A DNA stretch of 5,409 nucleotides from Caedimonas varicaedens (GTDB lineage Bacteria; Pseudomonadota; Alphaproteobacteria; Caedimonadales; Caedimonadaceae), in the NCBI GenBank assembly GCA_001192655.1, contig BBVC01000039.1, forward strand, positions 1-5,409, written 5' to 3'. Shown here piece after piece: positions 4,786 through 5,409 of the stretch; within the stretch, counting starts at the first letter, position 1, and each line of letters starts with the position of its first letter. The position numbers and the translations under genes are program-made. A model generated the notes under the pieces. That model was not told the DNA's origin. It saw only the letters and a program-made list of their open reading frames with translations, and did no database searches.

Positions 4786-5334
4786 TTAAAGAGGTTTTCC
4801 CGTGATCATGCGACGCAATAAATTATTTTTCAAGTAAAACTGATGATAAAGTGCTGCCGCGACATGAAGACTAACAACACCAATAATAACATAAGCCAAC
4901 GTAATATGAACAGCATGGCTCAAAATACCAAGAGGTGTCTGCCCTTGCGTCACAGCTTTGATCGTCACCAGCCCAAAATAATCGATGTCGTGCCCCCCAA
5001 ATACAGACATGATAAAACCTGAAAGAGGCATGCAAAATAAAAGGAGATAAAGAAAGTAAATATTGGCGTAAGCAGCAATCATTTGCCATTGTGAAAGCCC
5101 TTTTGGCAATGCGGGAACAGGATTAAACACACGCCAGAACAATCGCAGAATAACAAGAGCAAGAACAGTCATTCCTGTGGCTTTATGCAAACCATAAAGC
5201 TTCCATTTTTCTGCTCCAGGTTCCATACCTGTCATGATCAAACCAACGGTTAAAAGGGTAACGACCATTAACGCTATCACCCAATGGAATAGTCTTGAAA
5301 TAATCCCCCAGCTTGCTTGTGTGTTTTTTAACAT
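4786..5334 (-). CDS. Cytochrome b561 family protein (CybB/YodB-like di-haem membrane cytochrome)
   Basis: 182-aa ORF with four hydrophobic helices and conserved His in the expected contexts: SRLFHWVIAL, GLHKATGMTVLALVILRLFWR, SHAVHITLAYVI, SLHVAAALYHQF. The C-terminus LHVAAALYHQFYLKNNLLRRM closely parallels E. coli CybB GLHAAAALAHHYFWKDNTLLRMM. SD AGGGGAG lies 5 nt before the ATG. Confidence 0.85.
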   Translation of the reverse strand: MLKNTQASWGIISRLFHWVIALMVVTLLTVGLIMTGMEPGAEKWKLYGLHKATGMTVLALVILRLFWRVFNPVPALPKGLSQWQMIAAYANIYFLYLLLFCMPLSGFIMSVFGGHDIDYFGLVTIKAVTQGQTPLGILSHAVHITLAYVIIGVVSLHVAAALYHQFYLKNNLLRRMITGKPL

Positions 5335-5339
5335 GGTGT

Positions 5340-5346
5340 CTCCCCT
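5340..5346 (-). promoter_or_regulatory. Shine-Dalgarno site for the cytochrome b561 gene
   Basis: The plus-strand ctcccct reads AGGGGAG on the minus strand, 5 nt upstream of the ATG (5334..5332). Confidence 0.65.
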
Positions 5347-5391
5347 TTTATAGCCAGATCAGGCTTACTTTTTCTTGAACAACACTTTGGT

Positions 5392-5402
5392 AATATAGCT
5401 AA
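5392..5402 (-). promoter_or_regulatory. Shared upstream motif TTAGCTATATT (contains -10-like TATATT) ahead of the cytochrome b561 gene
   Basis: The plus-strand aatatagctaa at 5392..5402 reads TTAGCTATATT on the minus strand, 57 nt before the ATG at 5334. Any -35 region lies outside the window. Confidence 0.25.
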
Positions 5403-5409
5403 CAACATA

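Noticed and set aside
1-5409. The TTAGCTATATT / AATATAGCTAA pair at the two window ends considered as terminal inverted repeats of a mobile element
   Set aside because: The interior contains only conserved housekeeping genes in ancestral synteny and no transposase. The window boundaries are arbitrary and the repeat is short. It is better explained as a shared promoter-proximal motif and is reported as such.

Overview
The window reads as a compact housekeeping block. It holds seven intact CDSs and no rRNA, tRNA, CRISPR array, transposase, integrase or recognisable defence gene. In order: a LysR-family regulator (+, 47..946); a 230-bp unannotated spacer; mltA (-, 1177..2250) 1 nt downstream of a Tim44-like-domain membrane protein gene (-, 2252..2890); secB transcribed divergently (+, 2977..3504); and a tightly packed minus-strand run of cytochrome b561 (4786..5334), coaE (4171..4773) and dnaQ (3479..4162). 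The coaE-dnaQ / secB / tim44-like-mltA arrangement is the synteny typical of Alphaproteobacteria. By eye the sequence is AT-rich with many A/T homopolymers, which would fit a low-GC (possibly host-associated) alphaproteobacterium, but that is inference only. I found no convincing novel multi-gene system. The points most worth a second look are listed here. (1) MltA has no signal peptide or lipobox and cannot be extended upstream. It is translationally juxtaposed to the poorly understood Tim44-like gene, which sits divergent to secB. (2) secB and dnaQ overlap by 26 bp at their 3' ends. (3) The LysR/mltA convergent spacer carries a sigma70-like promoter and two Shine-Dalgarno-preceded mini-ORFs on the minus strand. 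(4) An 11-mer, TTAGCTATATT, lies upstream of both the LysR gene and the cytochrome b561 gene in the same gene-relative orientation. (5) The LysR regulator has non-canonical residues at the best-conserved positions of its wHTH. No convincing rho-independent terminator is visible anywhere in the window. All promoter, motif and mini-ORF calls are low confidence because the sequence is AT-rich and I could not run any statistics or searches.
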